DNA of 64,000 nt. Source: an uncultured Bacteroidales bacterium. Its GTDB lineage: Bacteria > Bacteroidota > Bacteroidia > Bacteroidales > UBA3824. How positions within the stretch are numbered: position 1 is the first letter of the stretch; every line of letters starts with the position of its first letter. The notes under the pieces were generated by a model. It made no database searches. It was not told the DNA's origin and saw only the letters and a program-made list of their open reading frames with translations. Location of the stretch: contig CAMOSO010000021.1 in assembly GCA_946624925.1 (NCBI GenBank), forward strand, positions 30 to 64,029. Direction: 5' to 3'. Positions 42,878-53,884 of the stretch are shown piece by piece. The translations under genes and the position numbers were made by a program.

Positions 42878-44767
42878 TTACCATCCAAACTCTTCCTCCG
42901 CATACTCCACAAACGCCTCCGAAACCCTCTTGACGCCCGCAGGCGTGGGATAATCGCCGCTGAAATACCAATCGCCGGAGTGATTGGGGATTGCGGCGTG
43001 GAGACCATCGAGGGTTTGGAATACAATCTCAATGTCGGTTGTAACGTCTGACGGGCGGAGGAGTTCAACGATTTTGCGGCTGATGTCCTCGTCCGAAAAA
43101 CCTTCGTAAATCTCCTTCACGTAGTTTTTCATCGAGGTTTTGGGCAGATTGCGTTGCGCGATGCACTTGTCGTAAACATCCTTGACTACATGGAGTTCGC
43201 CACGGTCGCGGCGGAGTTCGATGGCGGCGCGGAAGGCAATAAACTCGCTCAGATGGCTCATATCAATGCCATAATAATCAGGATAGCGAATTTGCGGCGC
43301 ACTGCTTACAATTACTATTTTCTTTGGGTGCAGACGGTCGAGGATGCGGATTACGCTCTCTCGCAGCGTGGTGCCGCGCACAATGGAATCGTCGATGACA
43401 ACGAGATTGTCCTCATACGGGCGTAGGCTGCCGTAGGTGATGTCATAGACATGGGCGGCGAGGTCGTTGCGCGAATTGTTTTCGGTGATGAAAGTGCGGA
43501 GCTTGATGTCCTTGATGGCAACTTTTTCGCTGCGGATATAACTATGGCAAATCTCCTCCAACTCCTCACGCGTAGGCTTGCGGTCGAGGGCGAGAATTTG
43601 CTCTATCTTCCTCTCGTGGTGGTACTTATTGAACCCCTCCAACATTCCATAATACGCCACCTCGGCGGTATTGGGAATGAAAGAAAATACAGTATTCTTG
43701 ATGTCGTGGTCGATGGCTTTTAGAATGGGATTCACCAACAATTCGCCCAACGCCTTGCGCTCGCGGTAAATATCCGCATCGGAACCACGGCTAAAATAAA
43801 TCCTCTCAAACGAACACGATTTTCTCTCCATCGGCGGGCGCAGATTGGCGACTGTTACCAGTCCGTCGCGGCTTATTGTAAGCGCGTCGCCGGGCATAAG
43901 CTCTTGGATGTCATCGACTTCGAGATTGAATGTGGTCTGCAATACAGGTCGTTCAGACGCCAATACAACAATCTCATCATCCTTATAATAATACGCCGGA
44001 CGTATGCCCCAAGGGTCGCGCACCGCAAAAGATTCGCCGCTGCCCGTAAATCCGCACATCACATACCCGCCGTCCCAATTTTTGGACGCATCTTTGAGCA
44101 TCTTGCGGATTTGGCGGTGCATATTGTCGTCGATATATTGGGTGGCGTCAACGCCAGAAAGATTGCAGCAACGCGCCTCGTCAAAGAGCCTTTCGCTCTC
44201 ACAATCAAGGCGATGTCCAAGCTGTTCGAGGATGATGTAAGTGTCGGATTTAAACCTCGGATACTGACCCTCGGCTGTTATCTCGTCAAAAATATCCTCA
44301 AAATTTGCCATATTGAAATTGCCACAAATACAGAGGTTTCGCGCCCGCCAATTGTTGCGCCGCGCAAAGGGGTGCACATAGTCGAGCCCGCTCTTGCCCG
44401 TTGTGGAATAGCGAAGATGTCCGAGATAAATCTCGCCGACAAACTTTTTGTTTTTTTGGACGAAATCCACGTCGTGTTCCTGCTCCGGCGTGAGGTCGCG
44501 GAAGTTGGCATTTACGGTTTCAAAAATCTCCGTTATCGCGCCAGAGCCGAGCGCACGCTCCCTAAACATATACTCCTCACCCGGAGCGCAATCGAGTTTT
44601 AGACAGCCCACGCCCGCCGCCTCCTGACCACGGTTGTGCTGTTTCTCCATCATCAGATAGAGTTTGTTGAGGGGATAACGCCAAGTGCCGTACTTCTCCT
44701 GATAATATTTCAACGGTTTGAGCAAGCGAATCATCGCCACGCCACATTCGTGCTTCAAAGGTTCCAT
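42878..44767 (-). CDS. purF: Amidophosphoribosyltransferase (long Bacteroidetes-type PurF)
   Basis: N-terminal HECGVAMI (Ntn Cys), GHLRYSTTG, VVIDDSIVRGTT PRPP-binding motif. Confidence 0.92.
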   Translation of the reverse strand: MEPLKHECGVAMIRLLKPLKYYQEKYGTWRYPLNKLYLMMEKQHNRGQEAAGVGCLKLDCAPGEEYMFRERALGSGAITEIFETVNANFRDLTPEQEHDVDFVQKNKKFVGEIYLGHLRYSTTGKSGLDYVHPFARRNNWRARNLCICGNFNMANFEDIFDEITAEGQYPRFKSDTYIILEQLGHRLDCESERLFDEARCCNLSGVDATQYIDDNMHRQIRKMLKDASKNWDGGYVMCGFTGSGESFAVRDPWGIRPAYYYKDDEIVVLASERPVLQTTFNLEVDDIQELMPGDALTISRDGLVTVANLRPPMERKSCSFERIYFSRGSDADIYRERKALGELLVNPILKAIDHDIKNTVFSFIPNTAEVAYYGMLEGFNKYHHERKIEQILALDRKPTREELEEICHSYIRSEKVAIKDIKLRTFITENNSRNDLAAHVYDITYGSLRPYEDNLVVIDDSIVRGTTLRESVIRILDRLHPKKIVIVSSAPQIRYPDYYGIDMSHLSEFIAFRAAIELRRDRGELHVVKDVYDKCIAQRNLPKTSMKNYVKEIYEGFSDEDISRKIVELLRPSDVTTDIEIVFQTLDGLHAAIPNHSGDWYFSGDYPTPAGVKRVSEAFVEYAEEEFGW

Positions 44768-44908
44768 AATCTGATATTAATTTCGCTGCAAAAATACCAA
44801 AATATTACGGAAGGGCGCGGTACGTGAAATGCGTAAAAAAATTATTATTACGTGTGCGAAAAATTTTTTTATCTTTGCGGTCGAAATACACAAAAAACAA
44901 TATAAAAA

Positions 44909-46186
44909 ATGACCGAATACAAAATCAACACAAAATGCGTTCAGGCGGGCTACACGCCGGGCAACGGCGAACCGCGCCAAATTCCTATCATCCAATCGAC
45001 TACATTCAAATACAACACGTCGGAGGACATGGGAAAACTCTTTGACCTCGAAGCTGCGGGCTACTTCTACACCCGCCTCCAAAACCCCACAAACGACTAC
45101 GTTGCAGCCAAAATCGCTGCCCTCGAAGGCGGCACGGCGGCAATGTTGACATCGTCGGGTCAAGCTGCAAACTTCTTCGCGCTCTTCAACATCTGCGAGT
45201 GCGGCAGCCACATCGTTGCGTCGTCGTCAATATACGGCGGCACATTCAACCTCATTGCAGTTACAATGGCTAAAATGGGCATCAAAACCACATTTGTAAG
45301 CCCCGACTGCACCGAGGAGGAACTCAACGCGGCATTCCAAGACAACACCCGCGCTGTCTTTGGCGAGACCATCGCCAACCCCGCGCTCACCGTCCTCGAC
45401 ATTGAGAAATTTGCAAAGGCGGCGCACAAGCACGGCGTACCGTTGATTGTTGACAACACCTTCCCCACCCCCGTCAACTGCCGCCCGATTGAATGGGGCG
45501 CGGACATCGTTACTCACTCCACAACCAAATATATGGACGGACACGGCGCGGCTGTCGGCGGCTGCATCGTAGATTCGGGCAAGTTTGATTGGATGGCACA
45601 CGCCGACAAGTTTCCCGGACTCTGCACCCCCGACGAATCCTACCACGGCATCACCTACGCCGAGAAGTTTGGAATTGCAGGCGCATTCATCACCAAGGCA
45701 ACCGCACAACTTATGCGCGACTTTGGCAGCATCCAAAGCCCGCAAAACGCCTTCCTCCTCAACCTCGGTCTCGAATCCTTGCACGTGCGTATGCCGCGCC
45801 ACGTTGAAAACGGACAGGCTGTTGCAGAATTTTTGGAGAAGCATCCAAAAGTGGAGAAAGTAAGTTATTCAGGCTTGAAATCCGACAAATACTACGCCCT
45901 CGCGCAGAAATACCTGCCAAACGGCGGTTGCGGCGTGGTTTCATTCGTAATCAAGGGCGGCCGTCCCGCAGCCGAGGCGTTTATGAAAAAACTCCGCCTT
46001 GCAGCCATCGAGACTCACGTAGCCGATGCGCGTACTTGCTGCCTCAATCCCGCAACCTCCACACACCGCCAAATGACTGACGAACAACTCGAAGCCGCCG
46101 GAATCCCCGCCGGTCTCGTCCGTATGTCCTGCGGTTTGGAAGACAAGGAGGATTTGATTGCCGACATCAAGCAAGCCTTGGATTAA
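44909..46186 (+). CDS. metY: O-acetylhomoserine aminocarboxypropyltransferase / cysteine synthase (PLP)
   Basis: 425 aa; YTRLQNPT, DNTFPTP, HSTTKYMDGHG (PLP Lys), RMSCGLED motifs. Confidence 0.9.
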   Translation: MTEYKINTKCVQAGYTPGNGEPRQIPIIQSTTFKYNTSEDMGKLFDLEAAGYFYTRLQNPTNDYVAAKIAALEGGTAAMLTSSGQAANFFALFNICECGSHIVASSSIYGGTFNLIAVTMAKMGIKTTFVSPDCTEEELNAAFQDNTRAVFGETIANPALTVLDIEKFAKAAHKHGVPLIVDNTFPTPVNCRPIEWGADIVTHSTTKYMDGHGAAVGGCIVDSGKFDWMAHADKFPGLCTPDESYHGITYAEKFGIAGAFITKATAQLMRDFGSIQSPQNAFLLNLGLESLHVRMPRHVENGQAVAEFLEKHPKVEKVSYSGLKSDKYYALAQKYLPNGGCGVVSFVIKGGRPAAEAFMKKLRLAAIETHVADARTCCLNPATSTHRQMTDEQLEAAGIPAGLVRMSCGLEDKEDLIADIKQALD

Positions 46187-46210
46187 TCTGATAATCAACA
46201 CAATAGCAAC

Positions 46211-46360
46211 AAAACGGGCGTAATCGACTAAAAAATCGTCGATTCCGCCCGTTTTCTCATCAATCTGGGCGGAATCGATTAAAAAATCGTCGATTTCGCC
46301 CATTTTCTTATCAATCTGGGCGGAATCGATTAAAAAATCATCGATTTCGCCCATTTTCTT
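46211..46360 (+). terminator. Three tandem ~50-55 bp hairpin units (stacked terminator-like structures) after metY
   Basis: aaaacgggcgtaatcgac-taaaaaa-tcgtcgattccgcccgtttt, then two copies of gggcggaatcgat-taaaaaa-tc(g/a)tcgatttcgccc followed by attttct. Confidence 0.75.
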
Positions 46361-46425
46361 TTGGAAGTTTCAATTATAATATGTATCTTTACGCCGTAGA
46401 AAAACAACTTAAACAAAACACGAAA

Positions 46426-47844
46426 ATGATAGGCAGAGAATACGAAACAGGTTTGCTGAAACAATACATAAACTCCTCAAAATCAGAGTTTATTGCGATA
46501 TTCGGACGACGGAGGGTTGGTAAGACATATCTTATCGACCAACTGTTTAGGAAAGATTATGCGTTTTCGTTTACGGGTGTTATCGACGGCAAAAAAGAAG
46601 CACAATTTGACGCACTGAAAGATGCGTTTGACTTTTACAAATGTAAAATCCGAAAAATGCCGCAAACTTGGGCTGAGGCTTTCACGGCAATCAGGAAATT
46701 CTTGCAGCCCAAAATCGACAGCGGCAAAACGTGCATTATGTTTATCGACGAACTTCCCTGCCTCGATTACAAAGGCTCAATGTTGATAGAAACGTTGGGA
46801 AATTTTTGGAACAGTTGGGCTTCCAAATACGACAACTTCAAATTAATAGTCTGTGGTTCAGCAACTTCGTGGATGATTAGAAACATCATTGATTCCAAAG
46901 GCGGACTTCACAACCGAATCACTCACGAAATACATCTGCATCCGTTTAGCCTTGGAGAAACAAAAAAATACCTTATGTCCAATAATGTAATGTGGGACGA
47001 TTTGTCGTACTTGCAGTCATATATGATTTTGGGCGGCATACCGTATTATCTGGGACTTTTGAACGAAAAATACAGCCTTGCGCAAAACATTGATTTACTG
47101 TTTTTTAGGCAGGATGGAGAACTGCGCCGAGAGTTTACAAGATTGTTTAAGACATTGTTTTCGACACCCGAACCATACGTTGAAATCATAAAAATACTTG
47201 CAAAAAGTCCTTCGGGGTTGACACGCGACGAGATTTCCAAAAAACTTGGAAAACGCGACAACGGTCATCTTTCCGAAAAATTAGACGACCTGATTTATTC
47301 GGACTTTCTGAGGTTCAACAACGTAAAAGTCAACAAGATAAGTGCGAAAAACGGCATTTACCAACTGATGGATTTCTACACGGCGTTTTATCTGAAATTT
47401 GCCAACAAAAACACCGTTGACGAACATTATTGGGAAAACCGCCTGATGAGCAACGAACTCAACGCCTGGTTTGGGTTAACATTCGAGAAAGTGGCAATGG
47501 CACATATTCCACAGATTAAGAGGAAGTTGCACATCGACTATATGGGCTGCGAATATTATTCGTGCCGATTGAGCAACGCGCAAATCGACCTCATATTGGA
47601 ACGCCCCGACAACGTTATCAACATTTGCGAAATCAAATATTCCATCGCCAAGTACCTGATTTCCAAGGATGAATACGAGAAAGTGCTTCACCGCGTAGAT
47701 GCCTTCCAAAAGGAAACTAAGTCAGCCAACTTTACAGTGAAGCCAATTTTCATCACTACCAAAGGCCTCGCCGACGGAGTGTACTCAAAATTAATAAGTT
47801 TTGATGTTACTTTGGAGGATTTGTTTGAAATAATCTCTAATTAA
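46426..47844 (+). CDS. ATPase (archaeal-type AAA, DUF234-like) with C-terminal PD-(D/E)xK-like module
   Basis: MIGREYETGLL, Walker A GRRRVGKT, Walker B MFIDELP, C-terminal IDLILERPDNVINICEIKYS (D...E-x-K). ATG at 46426 preferred over the track start. Confidence 0.75.
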   Translation: MIGREYETGLLKQYINSSKSEFIAIFGRRRVGKTYLIDQLFRKDYAFSFTGVIDGKKEAQFDALKDAFDFYKCKIRKMPQTWAEAFTAIRKFLQPKIDSGKTCIMFIDELPCLDYKGSMLIETLGNFWNSWASKYDNFKLIVCGSATSWMIRNIIDSKGGLHNRITHEIHLHPFSLGETKKYLMSNNVMWDDLSYLQSYMILGGIPYYLGLLNEKYSLAQNIDLLFFRQDGELRREFTRLFKTLFSTPEPYVEIIKILAKSPSGLTRDEISKKLGKRDNGHLSEKLDDLIYSDFLRFNNVKVNKISAKNGIYQLMDFYTAFYLKFANKNTVDEHYWENRLMSNELNAWFGLTFEKVAMAHIPQIKRKLHIDYMGCEYYSCRLSNAQIDLILERPDNVINICEIKYSIAKYLISKDEYEKVLHRVDAFQKETKSANFTVKPIFITTKGLADGVYSKLISFDVTLEDLFEIISN

Positions 47845-48476
47845 AAATCCATCCTGAACTTAGCCTTAACCAGATACACAACCCCATTCAGGTCGCCGCT
47901 GCCAGCAATATGGTAGTCGCCGCAATGGAGATTGGTGAACAAAAGATTCCGGTACTCGACACCTGCCGCAAGGGTGAAACTTTCACCGAGTTCAAAGTTG
48001 ATGCCACCAAACGGCTCCAACGACATTATAAAATGTTTGTCCGCCTTTTCGTAAGTAACATCGTATGAGTTAGTGTTGGGATCCCAAATCTCATTTTCGG
48101 GGGTGTTGTTGCTATAATTGACACCACCAAAACCCAACTTTGCGCCGGCGTTCAGGTAGAAAAACGACTTACGCAAAAAAATCTGTTCGGCATACACGCC
48201 GCCATAATAGCCGCGAAAACAAAACTTGCAGTCGTCAAACTCGTCGTCAAAGCGACTGTCCTCCTTGCGCGTGGTCTGAAAACCTGAGAAAAACACCCCA
48301 AGACCCAACCCACTCTCTATCGTCATTCCTCCACTGACACCGAAACTACCAGTCAGCCGCCTATCAACACCGTCGGTGAAACCAAAGCCGGCATTAAAGG
48401 ACAATTCGAGATAACGCTGAGCCATCGCATTGAAACTCAACATTATAAAAGCAAATACAAATATAATTTTCTTCAT
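47841..48476 (-). CDS. Small outer-membrane beta-barrel protein
   Basis: Signal peptide MKKIIFVFAFIMLSFNAMAQ; alternating pattern; C-terminal KFRMDF. Confidence 0.55.
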   Translation of the reverse strand: MKKIIFVFAFIMLSFNAMAQRYLELSFNAGFGFTDGVDRRLTGSFGVSGGMTIESGLGLGVFFSGFQTTRKEDSRFDDEFDDCKFCFRGYYGGVYAEQIFLRKSFFYLNAGAKLGFGGVNYSNNTPENEIWDPNTNSYDVTYEKADKHFIMSLEPFGGINFELGESFTLAAGVEYRNLLFTNLHCGDYHIAGSGDLNGVVYLVKAKFRMDF

Positions 48477-48556
48477 ATCAATTAGTTTTGTAATTAATTA
48501 GGCAACCCAAAGATAAAAACAATTTATGACAAACAAAAATTTTTATTGAAAATTCT

Positions 48557-48587
48557 TTTGCTTTTTGCACGCAATTTGATATTTTTG
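48557..48587 (+). promoter_or_regulatory. Bacteroidetes-type promoter for the MCP gene
   Basis: TTTG 48557-48560, 19-nt spacer, TATTTTTG 48580-48587, 32 nt before the ATG at 48620. Confidence 0.4.
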
Positions 48588-48619
48588 CATTTGAAAGCAA
48601 AACATTTTTTGAAACGACT

Positions 48620-50491
48620 ATGGTAAAAAACAACATAAAAAAATTAGGTCTATTACAGAGGATCAACATCACTCTGATTGCAATTGGGGTGATTGCATTG
48701 CTCGTGATCAATATATTCATAAGCTTCATGCTCAATGAGTTTAAGGGCGAATCCACAGAGCAAAACGTAATCACCGACCTCAAGGCGATAGTGGCTCTCG
48801 TGGACGCCCAATACAAATACAACGGCAAGAGCAACATTCTGTTCATCAACACCATAGACAAGTATCTCGAACTACGCGGCGGCATACGCGAGACAGATTC
48901 TGTATGCGACTTCTACGGACACCGCCTCCGCGCATGGAAACTCGGCGGACACACCATGCAGGGCGACGACAACTTTGCCCCGACACTCGCAAGCGTCAAC
49001 GCCGACAGGCAGTTCACCATCTTCCAAAAAACAACCGAAGGATACATTCGCATCTGCACATCAATCAAAAACGCCGACGGCACATTCGCCATGGGCACTA
49101 TCATCGACAACAACTCGGCTGTGGCAAAGACCATCGACCGGGGCGAAATATTCTACGACAAGACCCAAATACTCGGCAAGCCATACATAGCCACATACAA
49201 GCCGCTGTACATCAACGGCAAAGTGGCGGGCATGCTATTCACTGGCAGCGAAGAAAACAAAGTGCTGATGCAAAACCGCGAATTTGGCGCGGCAAAAATC
49301 CTCAGCAACGGTTTTGCACTGTGGACCAACACCAACAATGAGTGCGTCATGCGACCAAACGACCAATGGAAAAGCCTCCCTTCCGACGTATGGCAGAACA
49401 TCTCCCGCAACCAAAGCGGAGACCCTGCCAAAGCAACCTTCACAAAAAACGGCATCCAATACGAGATGATATACATCTTCGACAACAACCTCCACAACTA
49501 CATATCATTCGTATATCCCGAATCTGACAAACTGCAGGGCATCGGCAGAATACTGTGGCCCATGACTATAGCCGTGAGCATCATCATCTTGGTAATTCTG
49601 TTTGTCATTAACATCATTACCAAGGGCGTCATCCATAAGATTGGCGGCGAGCCGGACAAGGTGCGCGAAATTGTCGGGAACATTGCAAAGGGCGACTTCC
49701 GACAGGAGCAAAACGCACAAAAAGCCACTGGCATCCTCCGCTCATGCACCGACCTTGCGCACGACCTCGGCGACATGCTCAAAAAAATCGTCTCCGGCGC
49801 AGACAACATATCAAACCTCAGCGGCGAAATCACAAACGCCACACAGATGCTCTCGCAGAACGCAAACGAGCAGGCGGCGACGGCTGACCAGATTGTACAG
49901 TCCGTGGCGTACATCCAACAGGAAATTTCAAACAACACCCACAGCACCCGCGAGGCTAAAAACATTGCAAACCACATTTCGGACGACGTGAAGAACATCC
50001 AACAGGCTCAGAACGACAGCCTTGTGTCCGTCCGCGACATTTCTGAAAAGATTCAGATTATCAACGACATAGCCTTCCAGACAAACATCCTTGCATTAAA
50101 CGCCGCAGTAGAGGCAGCACGTGCGGGCGAACATGGAAAGGGCTTTGCAGTGGTCGCCGCAGAAATCAGGAAACTCGCCGAAAAATGCAAAAACTCCGCA
50201 AACGACATCATCGACGGCGCGGCAAATTCCTTAAAAGCCACCGAAACTTCCACTGAAATGCTCAACACGATTGTGCCCTCCATCCAAAAAAGCACCGACC
50301 TCATTTCCGAAATTGAGGAATCCGGCAACAGCCAGATGGACACAATCGGACAGATTGAGGACGTTGTAAGGCAACTCAACTCATCAATCCAGGGCAACGC
50401 CGCCGCGAGCGAAGAACTCGCCGTCAATGCCGAACAACTCAACGGTCAGGCGGATTCGTTCCGTGAATCTACAACAGTATTCAAATTCTAA
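48620..50491 (+). CDS. Methyl-accepting chemotaxis protein (Cache-like periplasmic sensor, HAMP, MCP signalling domain)
   Basis: Two TM helices flank a ~280-aa sensor ([21 protein letters not shown]...[26 protein letters not shown]). Signalling hairpin [42 protein letters not shown]. Confidence 0.88.
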   Translation: MVKNNIKKLGLLQRINITLIAIGVIALLVINIFISFMLNEFKGESTEQNVITDLKAIVALVDAQYKYNGKSNILFINTIDKYLELRGGIRETDSVCDFYGHRLRAWKLGGHTMQGDDNFAPTLASVNADRQFTIFQKTTEGYIRICTSIKNADGTFAMGTIIDNNSAVAKTIDRGEIFYDKTQILGKPYIATYKPLYINGKVAGMLFTGSEENKVLMQNREFGAAKILSNGFALWTNTNNECVMRPNDQWKSLPSDVWQNISRNQSGDPAKATFTKNGIQYEMIYIFDNNLHNYISFVYPESDKLQGIGRILWPMTIAVSIIILVILFVINIITKGVIHKIGGEPDKVREIVGNIAKGDFRQEQNAQKATGILRSCTDLAHDLGDMLKKIVSGADNISNLSGEITNATQMLSQNANEQAATADQIVQSVAYIQQEISNNTHSTREAKNIANHISDDVKNIQQAQNDSLVSVRDISEKIQIINDIAFQTNILALNAAVEAARAGEHGKGFAVVAAEIRKLAEKCKNSANDIIDGAANSLKATETSTEMLNTIVPSIQKSTDLISEIEESGNSQMDTIGQIEDVVRQLNSSIQGNAAASEELAVNAEQLNGQADSFRESTTVFKF

Positions 50492-50514
50492 AACAAATCT
50501 TTCGTTAAACTCAA

Positions 50515-51858
50515 ATGGCAAAAACACGGGAAATGACCGAAGGGCGGCCATTTCCCTTAATCATAAAATTTGCGCTGCCCCTCATCGCGGGCAACATTTT
50601 GCAACAGACCTACTCGTTGGTTGATGCGGCGATTGTAGGCAAAAACCTTGACATTCAGTCGCTTGCGGCGATTGGAGCATCATCGTCGGTGATGTTTTTC
50701 ATCCTTGGATTCTGCAACGGCTGCGGCGCGGGCTTCGGCATCCCGATTGCTCAAAAATTTGGTGCGCGGGATTATTCGATGATGCGGCGTTATGTAAACA
50801 CAAGCCTGAAAATCGCCGCCGTACTTTCGCTATTGATAACAATCATCACCACAATACTCTGCCGCCGTATCTTGCAGTGGCTCAGCACTCCCGAAGACGT
50901 GATGGAAGGCGCGTACAGTTACCTTTTGATTACATTCATCGGCATCCCGGCAACATTTTTCTACAATCTCCTGTCGTCAATCATCCGCGCACTCGGCGAC
51001 AGCAAGACACCGTTTTATTTCCTGATTTTGTCAACTGTTTTGAATATCGGATTGGATTTTCTGTTGATACTTGGATTTAGATTGGGCGTAGGCGGCGCAT
51101 CAGCGGCTACATTGTTGTCGCAATTATTGTCGGCGGCGGCATGCTGGATTTATATGAGGCGAAGTTTCCCGATATTGAAATCAACGGCAGACGAAACGCG
51201 ATTTCGTTGGGCAGACGCACGGCATTTGCTCGGCGTTGGATTGCCGATGGGATTGCAGTTTTCAATTACGGCAATCGGTTCCATGATGCTCCAAAACGCC
51301 AACAACACCCTCGGCACGAATTGCGCGGCGGCATTCACGACGGCAATGAGAATCAAGATGTTTTTCATGTGTCCGTTTGAGACCCTGGGCATCGCAATGG
51401 CAACATTCTGCGGTCAAAATTACGGCGCAGGCAAGCCAGAGCGCATTCTCCACGGCATCAAGGACACCTTTATAATAATGGTTTCGTATGCGGCGTTGAC
51501 ATTCGCAATCATCTGGCCCGCAGCGCGTTGGATGGGCACGTTTTTTATGGATGTCAACGAAACCGAAGTCTTGGACAACACCGAATTGTTCCTGCATTGC
51601 TCCGTAACATTCTACCTTTTGCTCGGCTCGCTCTGCATCATACGCTATTGCATACAGGGCATCGGCTACACCAAGCTGGCGATGTTTAGCGGCGTGGCGG
51701 AAATGGTGGCGCGTGTCTTAGTGAGCCTATTTGCAGTGCCGACATTTGGGTACATTGCAGTCTGCCTCGGCGACCCGACGGCGTGGTTGGCGGCGGATAT
51801 GTTTCTCGTGCCGGCGTTTGTATGGGTTTGGCGACAGATACGCCCGGAGCAAAAATAA
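50515..51858 (+). CDS. MATE family efflux transporter
   Basis: 447 aa, 12 predicted TM helices; FALPLIAGNILQQTYSLVDAAIVG N-terminal MATE signature. Confidence 0.9.
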   Translation: MAKTREMTEGRPFPLIIKFALPLIAGNILQQTYSLVDAAIVGKNLDIQSLAAIGASSSVMFFILGFCNGCGAGFGIPIAQKFGARDYSMMRRYVNTSLKIAAVLSLLITIITTILCRRILQWLSTPEDVMEGAYSYLLITFIGIPATFFYNLLSSIIRALGDSKTPFYFLILSTVLNIGLDFLLILGFRLGVGGASAATLLSQLLSAAACWIYMRRSFPILKSTADETRFRWADARHLLGVGLPMGLQFSITAIGSMMLQNANNTLGTNCAAAFTTAMRIKMFFMCPFETLGIAMATFCGQNYGAGKPERILHGIKDTFIIMVSYAALTFAIIWPAARWMGTFFMDVNETEVLDNTELFLHCSVTFYLLLGSLCIIRYCIQGIGYTKLAMFSGVAEMVARVLVSLFAVPTFGYIAVCLGDPTAWLAADMFLVPAFVWVWRQIRPEQK

Positions 51859-51953
51859 GTTATGCTTACCATCAAAAAATGCAATCCCCCACTCGATTTC
51901 GTTTTATTAAACTTTTTTCCTATTTTTGTGTCATAATACGAAAACGAATAATC

Positions 51954-53840
51954 ATGATAAAAAAAACTACAATCATTGCGGCGATGTGCGGCATATCGCT
52001 GACAGCCGCCGCACAAAACGACGCTGAAAAAGACTCATTGGCGATGCAGAGGCACGACGTAATTGTCGTAACCGGCACACGTGAGCCCACCCTCCTCCGA
52101 CAACTCCCAAACACGATAACCACCGTAACAAACGAACAACTCGCCGCCACATACCAAACCTCAATCCTTCCGACCGTGATGGATTTGACACCCGGCTTGT
52201 TTACCACGTCGCGCGGCGTGATTGGCTACGGCGTATCTAACAATGCGGCTGGCGGAATACGTGTGCGCGGCGTTGGCAACGGGTCCAATTTGCTGGTAGT
52301 CATCGACGGACAGCCGCAATATGCAGGTTTGATGGGACACCCGATTCCCGACGCTTACATAGGCTCAATGACTGAAAAAGTGGAAATTCTGCGCGGCCCT
52401 TCGTCGGTTTTGTATGGCTCTAACGCGATGGGCGGCGTCATCAACATCGTTACCAAAAAAGCCCTTGAAGACGGCTACAAAGGCTCTGCAACCGTGAGCG
52501 CGGGTTCATACGGAACTGTTCAGGCTGAAAACACCAACCTCATCCGCAGCGGCAAATTTTCGGCAATCGCCAACATAAACTACCAGCGCACCGACGGCCA
52601 CCGCCCTAACTCCGATTTTGAGCAAGTGGCTGGTTTTCTGAAACTTGGATATGATTTCAGCAACAATTGGAAAGCGTCGGCAGACATCGACCTCACGCAT
52701 TTAAATTTTATGAATCCAGGACCCACCTCCGCTCCCCTACTCGACGCCGAAGCCAAAATCACTCGCGGACTTGCAAGTATCTCTGTATCTAATGCTTACG
52801 GCAAAACCAACGGCACAATCCGCGCATTTTACGATTGGGGACATCACAACATCGACGACGGACACACCGCCGACAAGCCCACCCGCGACTATCTCTATAA
52901 GCATGACGACTTCATCGGCGGCGTAACGGCGTTCCAAAACTTTCAGTTTTTTACCGGCAACAACACGACCTTTGGCTTTGATTATCAACATTTTGGCGGC
53001 GAGGCTTGGCAGATGTTGAAATCCAACGGAACACACAAGAGCGATTACAACACCGAAAATCAAGACGACATCGCAGGCTACATCGACATCCGACAAGCCA
53101 TTACAGGCCTCGTAACCCTGGATTTTGGTCTCAGAGTTGACCACCATTCGCAGGTAGGCACAGAGATTGTTCCGCAAGGCGGCGTCGTGTTCCATTTCAC
53201 AAAAACTCAGGATGTCAAGCTGTTGGTTTCCAAAGGATTCGCCAATCCTGTAATCAGGGATATGTATATGTTTCCGCCCCACAACGACAAACTCGAACCA
53301 GAGCGCATGATGAATTACGAACTTGCATATTTCAAACGCGCCACAAACGGCACATTTGGCGCAAATATTTTCATTGTTGACGGCAAAAATATGATTGCCA
53401 CAGCACCAAATCCGAGCGGCGCGGGAATGTTGAACCAAAACGTCGGCGACTTCCATAATTACGGTTTTGAGGTTGAGGGCGACTACACATTTGGCAGATG
53501 GTGGACAATCAACGCCAACTATTCGTATCTCCACATGAAAAAGCCTGTAACCGGCGCACCCGAAGGCAAACTCTACCTCGGCGCGACATACCGCCACGGC
53601 TCTTGGAATGCTAACGTCAACATCGAAAACATCTCCGGCCTCTACATCACCACCGGCGACGACCCCGAAAAGGAAAACTACACGACGCTCAACTGTTCGC
53701 TCGGCTACAATGTAAGCCCAAACGTCCGCCTATTCGTCCGCGCCAACAATATTTTTGCAGAACGTTACGAAACATACGCCGGATTCCCGATGCCAAAAGC
53801 GACATTTATGGGCGGCGTAAAGGTTGATTTTGGAAATTAA
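51954..53840 (+). CDS. TonB-dependent receptor (BtuB/siderophore-type size)
   Basis: Signal peptide MIKKTTIIAAMCGISLTAAAQ from the ATG at 51954; TonB box-like DVIVVTGTRE; plug VEILRGPSSVLYGSNAMGGVINIVT; C-terminal barrel. Confidence 0.88.
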   Translation: MIKKTTIIAAMCGISLTAAAQNDAEKDSLAMQRHDVIVVTGTREPTLLRQLPNTITTVTNEQLAATYQTSILPTVMDLTPGLFTTSRGVIGYGVSNNAAGGIRVRGVGNGSNLLVVIDGQPQYAGLMGHPIPDAYIGSMTEKVEILRGPSSVLYGSNAMGGVINIVTKKALEDGYKGSATVSAGSYGTVQAENTNLIRSGKFSAIANINYQRTDGHRPNSDFEQVAGFLKLGYDFSNNWKASADIDLTHLNFMNPGPTSAPLLDAEAKITRGLASISVSNAYGKTNGTIRAFYDWGHHNIDDGHTADKPTRDYLYKHDDFIGGVTAFQNFQFFTGNNTTFGFDYQHFGGEAWQMLKSNGTHKSDYNTENQDDIAGYIDIRQAITGLVTLDFGLRVDHHSQVGTEIVPQGGVVFHFTKTQDVKLLVSKGFANPVIRDMYMFPPHNDKLEPERMMNYELAYFKRATNGTFGANIFIVDGKNMIATAPNPSGAGMLNQNVGDFHNYGFEVEGDYTFGRWWTINANYSYLHMKKPVTGAPEGKLYLGATYRHGSWNANVNIENISGLYITTGDDPEKENYTTLNCSLGYNVSPNVRLFVRANNIFAERYETYAGFPMPKATFMGGVKVDFGN

Positions 53841-53884
53841 CGGCACTCATATTTGAAAAAAATATGTATATTTGCCGCAAAAAA

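Noticed and set aside
44768-44908. Possible SAM riboswitch or T-box-like leader in front of the methionine-pathway gene. The same question was asked for a cobalamin riboswitch before the TonB receptor at 51859-51953.
   Set aside because: After placing the TAnnTTTG box (44870-44877), the leaders are too short (about 30-95 nt). They also lack the conserved helices and kink-turn or B12-box sequences I would expect.
45941-46354. 137-aa minus-strand ORF with the repeated peptide MGEIDDFLIDSAQID.
   Set aside because: The repeat peptide is simply the translation of the tandem terminator hairpins after metY, and the rest is antisense to the metY 3' end.
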